Source: an uncultured Bacteroidales bacterium
GTDB lineage: Bacteria > Bacteroidota > Bacteroidia > Bacteroidales > UBA3824
Direction of reading: 5' to 3'
DNA length: 64,000 nt
NCBI GenBank assembly: GCA_937877455.1
Contig: CALFIU010000044.1
Coordinates: 6,641 to 70,640 of the forward strand
The notes under the pieces were generated by a model. The model was not told the origin of the DNA. It did not search any database and was given only the letters and a program-made list of their open reading frames with translations. Position numbers and translations under genes: made by a program. Positions 27,901 through 35,771 of this stretch are shown here, piece after piece. Each line of letters begins with the position of its first letter. Position 1 is the first letter of the stretch.

Positions 27901-28304
27901 ATCTTGATGACCTTAAGCAATCGGTTCAGAATGCTTCATACGAACAAAAAGATCCACTTGTTATTTTCAAAATTGAATCTAACAATTTGTTCGACTTAAT
28001 GTTAGATAAAAACAATAAGGCCATTATTTCAACAATAATGAAAGGTCATATTCCAATTCAAAATCCCGAAAATATTCAAAGAGCTCCTTCGCAAGCACCG
28101 CGTATGCCAGAACAAACGCAACTTCGTACCCAAAAGGCAGAAGTACCTTCGGCGAGTGAGCAACAACAGCAGCAACAGCAGCCGCAACAACGTCAGCAAC
28201 CCAAGGTGCAGCCTGTAAGAACGGGTGAAAAAATTGGAAGAAATGATCCTTGCCCTTGTGGTAGCGGAAAAAAATATAAAAATTGTCATGGTAAAGGTTT
28301 GTAG
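24978..28304 (+). CDS. secA: Preprotein translocase ATPase SecA
   Basis: Starts [16 protein letters not shown]. Contains [43 protein letters not shown], and the C-terminal zinc motif [14 protein letters not shown]. The track start (24936) is a TTG inside the promoter box. Confidence 0.97.
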   Translation: MSILNSILKKFFGDKSSKDIKKMLPILENIKSEYAKLQSISNDELREKTQKLRQDIQNAIKAENEKLSGFKLRLDSPEPLTINEQEELYNEIEKTEKVIDEIIATKLDEILPEAFAIIRDTARRFAQNETIEVTATQFDRDFAAVNEAVKIEGDKAIYSNTWRAGGNMLKWDMVHYDVQLLGGIALHQGKIAEMATGEGKTLVATLPVFLNALTGRGVHVVTVNDYLSKRDSEWMGMLYQFHGLKVDCIDKHQPNSRMRRQAYEADITFGTNNEFGFDYLRDNMAITPDDLVQRNHIFAIVDEVDSVLIDDARTPLIISGPVARSSNDMQLFMEMKPKVEKLVEQQKLLVNRIFNDAKKYIAAGDLEKGGIALLKAYKGLPKSNALIKYLSEEGHKVLLQKTEGIYMAENNKRMPEITDELYFVIEEKQKSVDMTEKGIDLITGNSDDPTFFVLPDVGTEIAELENSGLSEEEKTAKKDKLLSDYAIKSERIHTITQLLKAYTMFERDNEYVVMDNKVKIVDEQTGRILDGRRYSDGLHQAIEAKENVTVEAATQTFATITLQNYFRMYKKLAGMTGTAETEAGEFWDIYKLDVCVIPTNVPVKRNDMDDLIYKTKREKYKAVIAEIERLHNEGRPVLVGTTSVEVSELLSQMLRGRRLEHNVLNAKLHAREAEIVAVAGQKGTITIATNMAGRGTDIKLSKEVKEAGGLAIIGTERHESRRVDRQLRGRAGRQGDPGTSQFFVSLEDTLMRLFGSDKIAKFMDKLGVEEGEAIQHSWVTSSIERAQRKVEENNFGIRKRLLEYDDVMNKQREVIYKLRRSALFGDGIDIEIINMLNAACENVVNSYHDTGDYAAFCFELSKSLSMQSPISEEDFIKLTDEKIADKIFDLGCNNIKNKMKIISDQAWPVIKEVYEKHSAQYEYIIIPVSDGRRVFNLRVNLKRAYETQAREVVKDFEKVVMLVTIDETWKEHLRDLDDLKQSVQNASYEQKDPLVIFKIESNNLFDLMLDKNNKAIISTIMKGHIPIQNPENIQRAPSQAPRMPEQTQLRTQKAEVPSASEQQQQQQQPQQRQQPKVQPVRTGEKIGRNDPCPCGSGKKYKNCHGKGL

Positions 28305-28313
28305 ATAAAAAAA

Positions 28314-28344
28314 TGCCTTTTCGGAAACGAGAAGGTATTTTTTT
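28314..28344 (+). terminator. Hairpin plus T-run after secA
   Basis: tgccttttcg..cgagaaggta (2 mismatches) followed by T7 (28338-28344). Confidence 0.5.
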
Positions 28345-28347
28345 AGT

Positions 28348-28899
28348 ATGAAGAAGATTATGATAAAAAAAATTAATATCTTTTGTTTTTGTGCCACTAT
28401 ATTTTTTTCAAGTTCGTGCTCCGAAAATATTAAAATAAAGGAACAATCTATCGGCCCATTATTTACAGTATGCAGTGAGAGTTTTGATGATTATTCAAAA
28501 AATAATGTAATTATAGATTCGCTTGCAGCCGAACTAAAAAAGATTAATTTTGTGCCAGAAAATACTTTTGAAATTATATACAATCGTGAAGATGACACAA
28601 AACGTCATAGCATAGTGGGGTGTGTGTTGCCTCTTAAAATTGGTAGTGATTCTACTCTTGCTATAACTTTAGAACGTAATAGGTTTAATGTTAGGACAAT
28701 AGGATTTACCAATTGTATAACAATTGAAGTGCCTATGAAAAAATTTAATTCGCAAACACGAGGAGAGGTTCTTGCGCATTTTGATTCGTATGCAATGCAA
28801 CATAATTATCAACTTTTCCCAGATGGTAAAAACGGATTAACAGAAATATATTATCCTGATAAAGTTTTGTTTGCAGTTGAAATAAAATCTAATTTGTAA
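28348..28899 (+). CDS. Lipoprotein, function unknown
   Basis: 183 aa. Signal plus lipobox IFFSSSC. No catalytic motif recognised. Confidence 0.5.
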   Translation: MKKIMIKKINIFCFCATIFFSSSCSENIKIKEQSIGPLFTVCSESFDDYSKNNVIIDSLAAELKKINFVPENTFEIIYNREDDTKRHSIVGCVLPLKIGSDSTLAITLERNRFNVRTIGFTNCITIEVPMKKFNSQTRGEVLAHFDSYAMQHNYQLFPDGKNGLTEIYYPDKVLFAVEIKSNL

Positions 28900-28962
28900 A
28901 AGGGTGATTTTTAGATAGATTATTTGAAAATTTGCTTTTTTTATAAAAAATTGACGAGTTTG

Positions 28963-28996
28963 GGCTGTCAAAATTACTGGCAGCCTTATTTTTTAT
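28963..28996. terminator. Hairpin between convergent genes
   Basis: ggctgtca / tggcagcc (1 mismatch), loop aaattac, then ttatttttt. Confidence 0.45.
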
Positions 28997-30153
28997 TCTA
29001 TCGCTTTTATCATGTTTTTTCCAAGCAAAAGGTAATCTTCTATTTGCCAAACTTTGCCTTGGCTATTAAAATTCCAATCACATTCTATTGTTGTTGAAAA
29101 GTTTAAATTGTTGTAAATCATTGCATTGTACCAGTCGGCTGAAGTTCCGCCAGGCATGTCGTGAGCATCGTTGATTGGTTTTGGTGTGTATCCAGCAATT
29201 TTATTAAATTTTAGCCAATATTTTTTCATATTTTCTGTTTGAGGTTGGCGGCAATAGATGTCGTAATAAGAAAAAATGTTGTTGGTTTTACCGCCCGGAA
29301 AAACGCTGTGTATGTCAAAAAAGTAGGAATATTTAAATTTTTTTGCGCTTTCGGCAATTTTAATTTTAGTTTGATGAATAATATTTCGTTTTTCTGTAGC
29401 CCAGTCGCGATTGTAATCTTTTGGCAACGACATACGACCACTTTGTCCATCGGCAACGTTATCTACATCAACCATAGGGATTATTTTGAAAACAAATTTT
29501 TTTAGCATTTTAGATTTTTTACATTCGTTGCTAAGCAAGTATTCTGTCATGCCTTCAACAACATAATTCGCAATGCTTTCAAATGCGTGTTGCCGTCCTA
29601 TTATCCATATAAGTTTTTTGTTTTTCTTATTTAATTTTTTATCGGTTATTGTTAATATTGGTACAATTCTTCCACTATCTGATATTATAGAATTGTCGAT
29701 GGTAAGATGTTTATCATTTTTTTTTGAGTTTAGATAATTAATAAGTTTTTGGTATCCGTATGGAAATCCAGTGGCAGTATATAATGTGTCTTTTTGTGGA
29801 AATAAACTATATTTATTTATCATATTTATAGAATTTGCTCTTATATTAAAGAAATCTATATTGTTGTAACTATATACAGGATTGTTTGGCGCATAATAAT
29901 TATTTGTATATTTTCCTTTTAATGTAAGAATTGTGTCGGTGCGATAGCCCGTTATTCCAAAGTAAAACCACACTTTTTCTGTGTTTATAGTGTTGCAATA
30001 TGGTTCAAAAGTTATTGTATTTTTTGCACTATCGTATGTTATTGAACCAACATTATAACTTTCAAAATCTTTTATTATTTTTATTTGACTATTAGCATAA
30101 AAATTTATTATTATAAATAATAACGTTATATTTTTTTTTAGATTTAATTTCAT
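28993..30153 (-). CDS. M14-family zinc carboxypeptidase-like protein (secreted)
   Basis: 386 aa with a signal peptide. IIGRQHAFES fits the HxxE zinc motif. YFFDIHSVF fits the second His block of M14 peptidases. Confidence 0.5.
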   Translation of the reverse strand: MKLNLKKNITLLFIIINFYANSQIKIIKDFESYNVGSITYDSAKNTITFEPYCNTINTEKVWFYFGITGYRTDTILTLKGKYTNNYYAPNNPVYSYNNIDFFNIRANSINMINKYSLFPQKDTLYTATGFPYGYQKLINYLNSKKNDKHLTIDNSIISDSGRIVPILTITDKKLNKKNKKLIWIIGRQHAFESIANYVVEGMTEYLLSNECKKSKMLKKFVFKIIPMVDVDNVADGQSGRMSLPKDYNRDWATEKRNIIHQTKIKIAESAKKFKYSYFFDIHSVFPGGKTNNIFSYYDIYCRQPQTENMKKYWLKFNKIAGYTPKPINDAHDMPGGTSADWYNAMIYNNLNFSTTIECDWNFNSQGKVWQIEDYLLLGKNMIKAIE

Positions 30154-30287
30154 ATTTTAATTTATTTTGTGGTTCAAAATTAAATTATTATAGAAAAGTT
30201 TTCGCTTTTTTGCGATTTTTTTTGTTTAATCATCGATGTTTAATTAGTTTTGTTATCAATCTTTTATTACTTTTGTAAAAAAATGAT

Positions 30288-31073
30288 ATGAATTTTGTTG
30301 ATAAAAACGTATGGATAACTGGTGCATCGTCAGGTATTGGCGAGGCGTTAACGTACAGATTTAATAGTCTTGGAGCGCGTGTAATAATTTCGTCGCGACG
30401 CGAAAGCGAGTTACAACGTGTAAAAAATGCGTGCAAATATCCCCAAAAGGTTGAAATTGTAGTTTTAGATTTGGAAAAATACCACGACATAGATAATATC
30501 GTTAGTCCTTATTTGCAACAATTTGGCAACATTGATATTTTGATAAACAATGGCGGTGCAAGTCAAAGAGCATTGGTCGTTGACGAAGATTTGAATGTTG
30601 TAGAGCGGATGATTAATGTAAATTTTATGGGTGCTGTTGCATTAACAAAGGCTATTTTACCGAGCATGATTGCACAGAAATCAGGGCATATTGTTTGTAT
30701 GAGTAGTCTTGCTGGAAAATTTGGAATTCCGTTGCGGTCGGGTTATGCCGCTGCAAAACATGCTTTGCATGGTTTTTTTGAAACTTTACGAGCCGAAAAT
30801 TATGATAATGGAATCCGCGTTTTGATGGTTTGTCCGGGCTATATTCGTACAAATGTGGCAATTAATGCACTTACTGCTGATGGCTCTCCTCAACAAACAA
30901 ACGACCCTGGACAAGAAGCTGGGCTTGACCCAGATGTGTTAGCTCAGAAAATAATTAAGGGAATTGAAAAAGAAAAACTTGAAATTACTGCTGGCGGTGG
31001 TGAAACTAATGGTATTTGGGTTAGTAGATTTTTTCCGAGACTTTTTGCTAAGATAATTCGTAATAAAAAATAA
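30288..31073 (+). CDS. Short-chain dehydrogenase/reductase (SDR) family oxidoreductase
   Basis: VWITGASSGIGEA (TGxxxGxG), NNGG, and catalytic YAAAKHAL (YxxxK). Confidence 0.88.
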   Translation: MNFVDKNVWITGASSGIGEALTYRFNSLGARVIISSRRESELQRVKNACKYPQKVEIVVLDLEKYHDIDNIVSPYLQQFGNIDILINNGGASQRALVVDEDLNVVERMINVNFMGAVALTKAILPSMIAQKSGHIVCMSSLAGKFGIPLRSGYAAAKHALHGFFETLRAENYDNGIRVLMVCPGYIRTNVAINALTADGSPQQTNDPGQEAGLDPDVLAQKIIKGIEKEKLEITAGGGETNGIWVSRFFPRLFAKIIRNKK

Positions 31074-31074
31074 A

Positions 31075-32628
31075 ATGACAACTGTAGATTTGGTTTTAAC
31101 ACCATATCAAGCTTTTGATAAAGATAATTTTCTTCCTATTGCAGCCCAAAAGGCAGGATTTGATGTTTCTGATATTCAGGATTTTAAGATAATTCATAAA
31201 TCTGTTGATGCACGAGGGCGAGATATAACAATAAATCTCAAAATTTCGCTATTTACGGGTTTTGAAAAGCCGCAAAATATTGCAGAAAACTACCATTACC
31301 AAAATGTTGAAAATTCACCAGAAGTGGTTGTAGTTGGAGCAGGACCAGCAGGATTGTTTGCAGCGTTGCGGCTTGTGGAACTTGGTTATAAGCCAATTGT
31401 TCTCGAGCGCGGCAAAAATGTACATGATCGTAAGCGAGATATTGCAGCATTGAGTACCAAAAATATTCTTGACGAAAATTCAAATTATTGTTTTGGTGAA
31501 GGTGGTGCGGGAACTTTTTCTGACGGCAAACTTTATACGAGGTCAAATAAACGTGGAAATATAAGTCGTATTTTAGAAATTTTTTATATTCATGGTGCCA
31601 ACGAAAACATTCTTTATGAGTCGCGACCTCATATAGGAACCGACAAATTGCCTCGCATTGTAGAAAATATGCGAGAAAAAATAATTGCTTGTGGTGGTAA
31701 AGTGTTGTTTCAGACACGGGTTGAAGATTTTGAATTTTCGGGCGAAAATCTTACTTCTGTGGTTGATCAGAACGGTAACAAAATACCATGTAGAGCTGTT
31801 ATTTTGGCGGCAGGTCATAGTGCAGAAGATGTTTATTTGATGCTTGATAAAAAAGGAGTAAAACTCGAGTCAAAAGGTTTTGCAATGGGAGTAAGGGTTG
31901 AGCATCCACGAGAGTTAATAGACGAATTACAATATAAAAATGCTGATACTCAATATCTTCCAGCGGCAACATATACTTTAACTGCACAAGCCGATGGTAG
32001 GGGCGTGTATTCTTTTTGTATGTGTCCAGGAGGTCAAATTGTTCCATCTGCAACTGCAAAAAATCAAACGGTTGTTAATGGAATGTCTGCATCGGCGCGT
32101 AATAATGTGTATTCTAATTCGGGAATTGTAGTTGAGTTGCGTCCTGAAGACTATGTTTCATTTGGAGATGATGCACTTGCAGGATTGAGGTTTCAAAAAA
32201 ATGTTGAATATCTCGCACACGTCAATGGAAATAGCACGCAATCGGCTCCTGCACAGCGACTTGACGATTTTGTAAAAGGACGTATTTCGTCTATACTTCC
32301 AGAAACATCATACGTGCCAGGTACAATAATTTCGCCAGTTCATTTTTGGTTGCCAGATATTATTGGAAAACGACTACAAGAAGGTTTTAAACAATTTGAT
32401 AAAAAAATGCGAGGATTTGTAACGTCAGAGGCGCAAGTTTTAGCAGTAGAATCGCGTACTTCGTCGCCTGTAAGGATTGTTCGTGATTCAGAAACCCTAT
32501 CAAGCGTAACTTTTGTAAACCTTTTTCCATGTGGAGAGGGGGCAGGTTATGCAGGAGGAATTGTGTCTTCTGCCATGGACGGCGAAAATGCAGCGGAATC
32601 TGTTGCTAAATTTATTACAAAATCTTGA
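31075..32628 (+). CDS. FAD-dependent oxidoreductase (COG2509-type NAD(FAD)-utilising dehydrogenase)
   Basis: 517 aa. Dinucleotide fold VVVVGAGPAGLFAALRL, GEGGAGTFSDGKL, and C-terminal CGEGAGYAGGI. Confidence 0.7.
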   Translation: MTTVDLVLTPYQAFDKDNFLPIAAQKAGFDVSDIQDFKIIHKSVDARGRDITINLKISLFTGFEKPQNIAENYHYQNVENSPEVVVVGAGPAGLFAALRLVELGYKPIVLERGKNVHDRKRDIAALSTKNILDENSNYCFGEGGAGTFSDGKLYTRSNKRGNISRILEIFYIHGANENILYESRPHIGTDKLPRIVENMREKIIACGGKVLFQTRVEDFEFSGENLTSVVDQNGNKIPCRAVILAAGHSAEDVYLMLDKKGVKLESKGFAMGVRVEHPRELIDELQYKNADTQYLPAATYTLTAQADGRGVYSFCMCPGGQIVPSATAKNQTVVNGMSASARNNVYSNSGIVVELRPEDYVSFGDDALAGLRFQKNVEYLAHVNGNSTQSAPAQRLDDFVKGRISSILPETSYVPGTIISPVHFWLPDIIGKRLQEGFKQFDKKMRGFVTSEAQVLAVESRTSSPVRIVRDSETLSSVTFVNLFPCGEGAGYAGGIVSSAMDGENAAESVAKFITKS

Positions 32629-32682
32629 ATTTTAATTGAATATGTAATGGTTGTAAAAAAAATATTTGTAAAAACAAAAAAC

Positions 32683-32713
32683 TTTGTTGGATAAAATTTT
32701 TTTTATAACTTTG
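32683..32713 (+). promoter_or_regulatory. pta-ackA promoter: -33 TTTG and -7 TAACTTTG
   Basis: TTTG at 32683-32686, a 19-nt spacer, then TAACTTTG at 32706-32713. The ATG is at 32750. Confidence 0.55.
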
Positions 32714-32749
32714 CTCAATAAAAATTACAAAACAAAAATCATAATATCC

Positions 32750-33751
32750 ATGACATTATTGGAACAAATAAGAGAGAATGCCAAAACGGCAAACAAACGT
32801 ATAGTTTTGCCCGAAGGCGAGGAAGAACGCACTCTCAAAGCCGCTGAAACCATTCTCGGCGAAGGTATTGCACAATTAGTGCTTATTGGAAACCCCGATA
32901 CAATAAAGGCTGAAGCCGAAAAATTTGGATTAAAAAACATTCAAAAAGCCGAAATTGTCAATCCTAAGACATTTGAAAACAAACAACAGTATGCTGAGCT
33001 TATGGCTCAAATACGTGGTTCAAAAGGTATGACTGTTGAAAAGGCATTAAAACAGCTTGATAGTCCGTATTATCTTGGTACATTGATGATTAAAGCAGGA
33101 CATGCAGATGGAATGGTTGCAGGTGCAATTTGTTCTACAGCCGACACAATTCGTCCTGCATTGCAATATATCAAAACAGCCCCTGGTGTAAGTACAGTTT
33201 CGGGAGCTTTTGTGGTTGTTGTTAAAGATAAAAATTATGGACAAGATGGCGTTTTCTTGTTTGCGGATTGTGCTGTAAACATTGCTCCAAATGCAGAACA
33301 ACTTGCTGATATTGCAATAATTTCTGCTAAAACAGCCAAAGCACTTGCAGGTATTGATCCAAAAGTTGCAATGTTGAGTTTTTCAACTAAAGGGTCAGCA
33401 CAGCACGAAATGGTTGACAAAGTAACAGAGGCTACAAAAATAGCTCAAGAACGCGCACCAGAACTCGAAATAGATGGCGAACTTCAAGCAGATGCAGCTA
33501 TGGTTCAAAAGGTTGCCGATTTAAAAGCCCCTGGCAGTAAAGTAGCAGGAAATGCTAACGTTTTGGTTTTCCCTTCATTAGAAGCTGGAAATATTGGTTA
33601 TAAACTTGTACAACGTCTTGCTGGTGCAGATGCTGTTGGACCTATTCTTCAAGGTATGGCTGCTCCTGTAAATGATTTGTCGCGTGGTTGCTACGTTGAA
33701 GATATTGTTAACATGGTGGCTATTACTGCTTTACAGGCTGTAAGTAAATAA
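32750..33751 (+). CDS. pta: Phosphate acetyltransferase
   Basis: From MTLLEQIRENAKTANKRIVLPEGEEERTLKAA. Also GMVAGA, STKGS and LVFPSLEAGNIGYK. It sits immediately upstream of ackA. Confidence 0.92.
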   Translation: MTLLEQIRENAKTANKRIVLPEGEEERTLKAAETILGEGIAQLVLIGNPDTIKAEAEKFGLKNIQKAEIVNPKTFENKQQYAELMAQIRGSKGMTVEKALKQLDSPYYLGTLMIKAGHADGMVAGAICSTADTIRPALQYIKTAPGVSTVSGAFVVVVKDKNYGQDGVFLFADCAVNIAPNAEQLADIAIISAKTAKALAGIDPKVAMLSFSTKGSAQHEMVDKVTEATKIAQERAPELEIDGELQADAAMVQKVADLKAPGSKVAGNANVLVFPSLEAGNIGYKLVQRLAGADAVGPILQGMAAPVNDLSRGCYVEDIVNMVAITALQAVSK

Positions 33752-33810
33752 TTTTTTATTTAAATTTTACTTCGATAAATACAGATATTAGTGTTTGTTG
33801 AGGTTGTAAA

Positions 33811-35025
33811 ATGGTAAAAAAAGTGAAAATTTTAGTAATTAATTGTGGTTCGTCGTCCTTAAAATATCAACTTTTTGATATGGACAAAAACGAAGTTTTA
33901 GCAAAGGGTGGCGTTGAAAAAATTGGTCTTCAAGATTCTTTTTTAAAACATCAAAAAGGTGAGGGTGAAAAAACTAAGATAGAAAAACCAATGAATGATC
34001 ATAAAGAAGCTATTGAGTTGGTGCTTAGTACTTTAACCGATCAAAAACTTGGTGTTATATCCTCACTTAGCGACATTGATGCAGCAGGACATAGAGTTTT
34101 GCATGGTGGCGAATTTTTTAAGGAATCTGTTTTGATAAACGACGAAGTTATTGCAAAAATTGAAGAAATAGCTCCACTTGGTCCGTTACATCAAATGGCC
34201 AACCTCAAAGGAATACGTGCAATAAAGGCTTTACTTCCAACTTTGCCACAAGTTGCTGTTTTTGATACAGCATTTCATCAAACAATTCCAGATTATGCGT
34301 ATTTGTATGCTATTCCTTATGAATTGTATGAAAAATATCATATTCGTCGTTATGGTTTCCATGGTTCGAGCCACAGATATGTATCAAAACGTGCTTGCGA
34401 AATTCTTGGACTTGACTATAATAAAACCAAAATAATTACATGCCATATTGGAAATGGAGCTTCATTGGCTGCCATAGAAAACGGTAAAGTTGTTGATACA
34501 TCAATGGGATTGACTCCTTGTGAGGGTGTAATGATGGGAACTCGTTGTGGAGATATTGATCCTGCTGTTTTCCCATATCTTTTCTCTAACAATGCACTTG
34601 ACCCTAAGGATATGGATAATTTTATTAATAAAAAATCAGGTGTACTTGGTGTTAGTGGTGTTTCGTCAGACATGCGCGATGTTGAGGAAGCCGCTTTTGT
34701 TAGAAAAGAAAAACGTGCTGCCTTATCTCTTAAAATGTATGACTATCGTATAAAGAAATACGTTGGAGCTTACATGGCAGCAATGAATGGTTGTGATGTG
34801 CTTGTTTTCACTGGTGGAATAGGAGAGAAGGGCGATACAACACGTCGTGGTGTTGCAATGCATCTTGAAAATCTTGGTATTGAGTTTGATGATACAATTA
34901 ACACAGGACTTAGGGATAAAGAGATGGTTATTTCAAAACCAACGTCAAAAGTAAAGGTTATTGTTGTTCCCACCAACGAAGAACTCGTTATTGCTCAAGA
35001 TACACTTGCGCTTACAAAAAAATAG
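33811..35025 (+). CDS. ackA: Acetate kinase
   Basis: ILVINCGSSSLKYQLF, AAGHRVLHGG, FDTAFHQTIP, YGFHGSSH, FTGGIGE. Confidence 0.96.
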   Translation: MVKKVKILVINCGSSSLKYQLFDMDKNEVLAKGGVEKIGLQDSFLKHQKGEGEKTKIEKPMNDHKEAIELVLSTLTDQKLGVISSLSDIDAAGHRVLHGGEFFKESVLINDEVIAKIEEIAPLGPLHQMANLKGIRAIKALLPTLPQVAVFDTAFHQTIPDYAYLYAIPYELYEKYHIRRYGFHGSSHRYVSKRACEILGLDYNKTKIITCHIGNGASLAAIENGKVVDTSMGLTPCEGVMMGTRCGDIDPAVFPYLFSNNALDPKDMDNFINKKSGVLGVSGVSSDMRDVEEAAFVRKEKRAALSLKMYDYRIKKYVGAYMAAMNGCDVLVFTGGIGEKGDTTRRGVAMHLENLGIEFDDTINTGLRDKEMVISKPTSKVKVIVVPTNEELVIAQDTLALTKK

Positions 35026-35044
35026 ATTAAAGCTTTTTAGTTAC

Positions 35045-35076
35045 AAAAAACCATGGATTTGTCCATGGTTTTTTTG
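35045..35076 (+). terminator. Rho-independent terminator of pta-ackA
   Basis: aaccatgga (35049-35057), loop tttg, tccatggtt (35062-35070), then a T-run to 35076. An A6 run sits upstream. Confidence 0.85.
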
Positions 35077-35295
35077 TATTTTTTGTGTAGATAATTTTGT
35101 AACATTTTTTATTTTGTTGGATTAATTGTTTAGTTAAAACGGCGATTATCCTATAAATATAGTTATTTATTACGTTAATAACAACACAAATAATTTTTCT
35201 AAGATTTTATTGGTAAAATTTGATAATAAAGCATGACAAAATTTTAAATAAAAACTTTTTTAGTAGTTGTAATAATAAAAATATATAAAAAAGCC

Positions 35296-35341
35296 GTTGT
35301 GATTTGCTTTCAAATTTTATAACTTTGCAGGGCAAATATAG
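35296..35341 (+). CRISPR. Solitary type II-C-like CRISPR repeat (no second repeat, no spacer)
   Basis: GTTGTGATTTGCTTTCAAATTTTATAACTTTGCAGGGCAAATATAG. Positions 2-21 are perfectly complementary to the tracrRNA 5' end (35607-35626). The start resembles the 47-nt Bacteroidetes II-C repeats I remember (GTTGTGATTTGCTTTCAAATT...). It contains an internal TAACTTTG -7 box (35320-35327). The 3' boundary is approximate. Confidence 0.75.
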
Positions 35342-35354
35342 TTTTTTTTTACTA

Positions 35355-35531
35355 CTATGGGCTGTTTTTGGATGTTTTGCCGCTGTTGAAATTGCTCAAA
35401 GCATCTTCACCCATAGGTATGATTCTACTCCCTGCTGCACTAATACCACACGGGGCGTTGTTGTCGTCAACATTCACCACCGCCCATCCTATAGAGTTGG
35501 TTCCTAAGTCAAGTCCTAATATCTTTTTCAT
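35355..35531 (-). pseudogene. cas9: cas9 5' remnant (first ~55 codons, RuvC-I motif only)
   Basis: From ATG 35531: MKKILGLDLGTNSIGWAVVNVDDNNAPCGISAAGSRIIPMGEDALSNFNSGKTSKNSP*. GLDLGTNSIGWAV is the Cas9 RuvC-I signature. The stop is at 35355-35357, only 13 nt from the solitary repeat. Confidence 0.85.
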
Positions 35532-35569
35532 TGTCGGAAAATTTTTTCCCAAAAATAAGAATAAAAAAT

Positions 35570-35600
35570 TTTGTAGTACAAATTAATTTGCATATATTTG
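35570..35600 (+). promoter_or_regulatory. tracrRNA promoter: -33 TTTG and -7 TATATTTG
   Basis: TTTG at 35570-35573, a 19-nt spacer, then TATATTTG at 35593-35600. The predicted start site falls at the first bases of the anti-repeat. The 12-bp palindrome CAAATTAATTTG (35579-35590) lies between the divergent cas9 and tracrRNA starts. Confidence 0.6.
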
Positions 35601-35606
35601 CACTAC

Positions 35607-35692
35607 AATTTGAAAGCAAATCACAATAAGGATTATTCCGTTGTGAAAACATTAGGTTTGCGCCTCGTCCTTCAACGGGGCGCACTTTTTTT
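35607..35692 (+). ncRNA. tracrRNA (type II-C-like), sequence modules intact
   Basis: Anti-repeat AATTTGAAAGCAAATCACAA. Nexus-like ATAAGGATTATTCCGTTGTGAAAAC (compare S. pyogenes UAAGGCUAGUCCGUUAUCAAC). Terminator stem TGCGCC (35659-35664) / GGCGCA (35679-35684) plus T7 (35686-35692). Confidence 0.8.
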
Positions 35693-35750
35693 ATAAAAAA
35701 AACACCTAAAAAATGGTATTACGTATATCCAATACCATTTTTTAGGTGTT
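35691..35750 (-). terminator. Long perfect hairpin terminating the lipoprotein/ABC operon
   Basis: 20-bp arms AACACCTAAAAAATGGTATT (35701-35720) and AATACCATTTTTTAGGTGTT (35731-35750) with a 10-nt loop. On the minus strand it is followed by a T-run (complement of A6 at 35695-35700). Confidence 0.75.
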
Positions 35751-35771
35751 AAAAAAGATAAGAGTTCCTTT

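Noticed and set aside
35304-35586. Plus-strand ORFs of 67 and 72 aa across the CRISPR remnant, and the extended minus ORF start at 35552 (MGKNFPT..)
   Set aside because: The minus-strand frame carries the unmistakable Cas9 RuvC-I motif beginning at MKKILGLDLGTNSIGW (ATG 35531). The plus-strand ORFs are its antisense shadows. The 7 extra N-terminal codons run into the promoter region.
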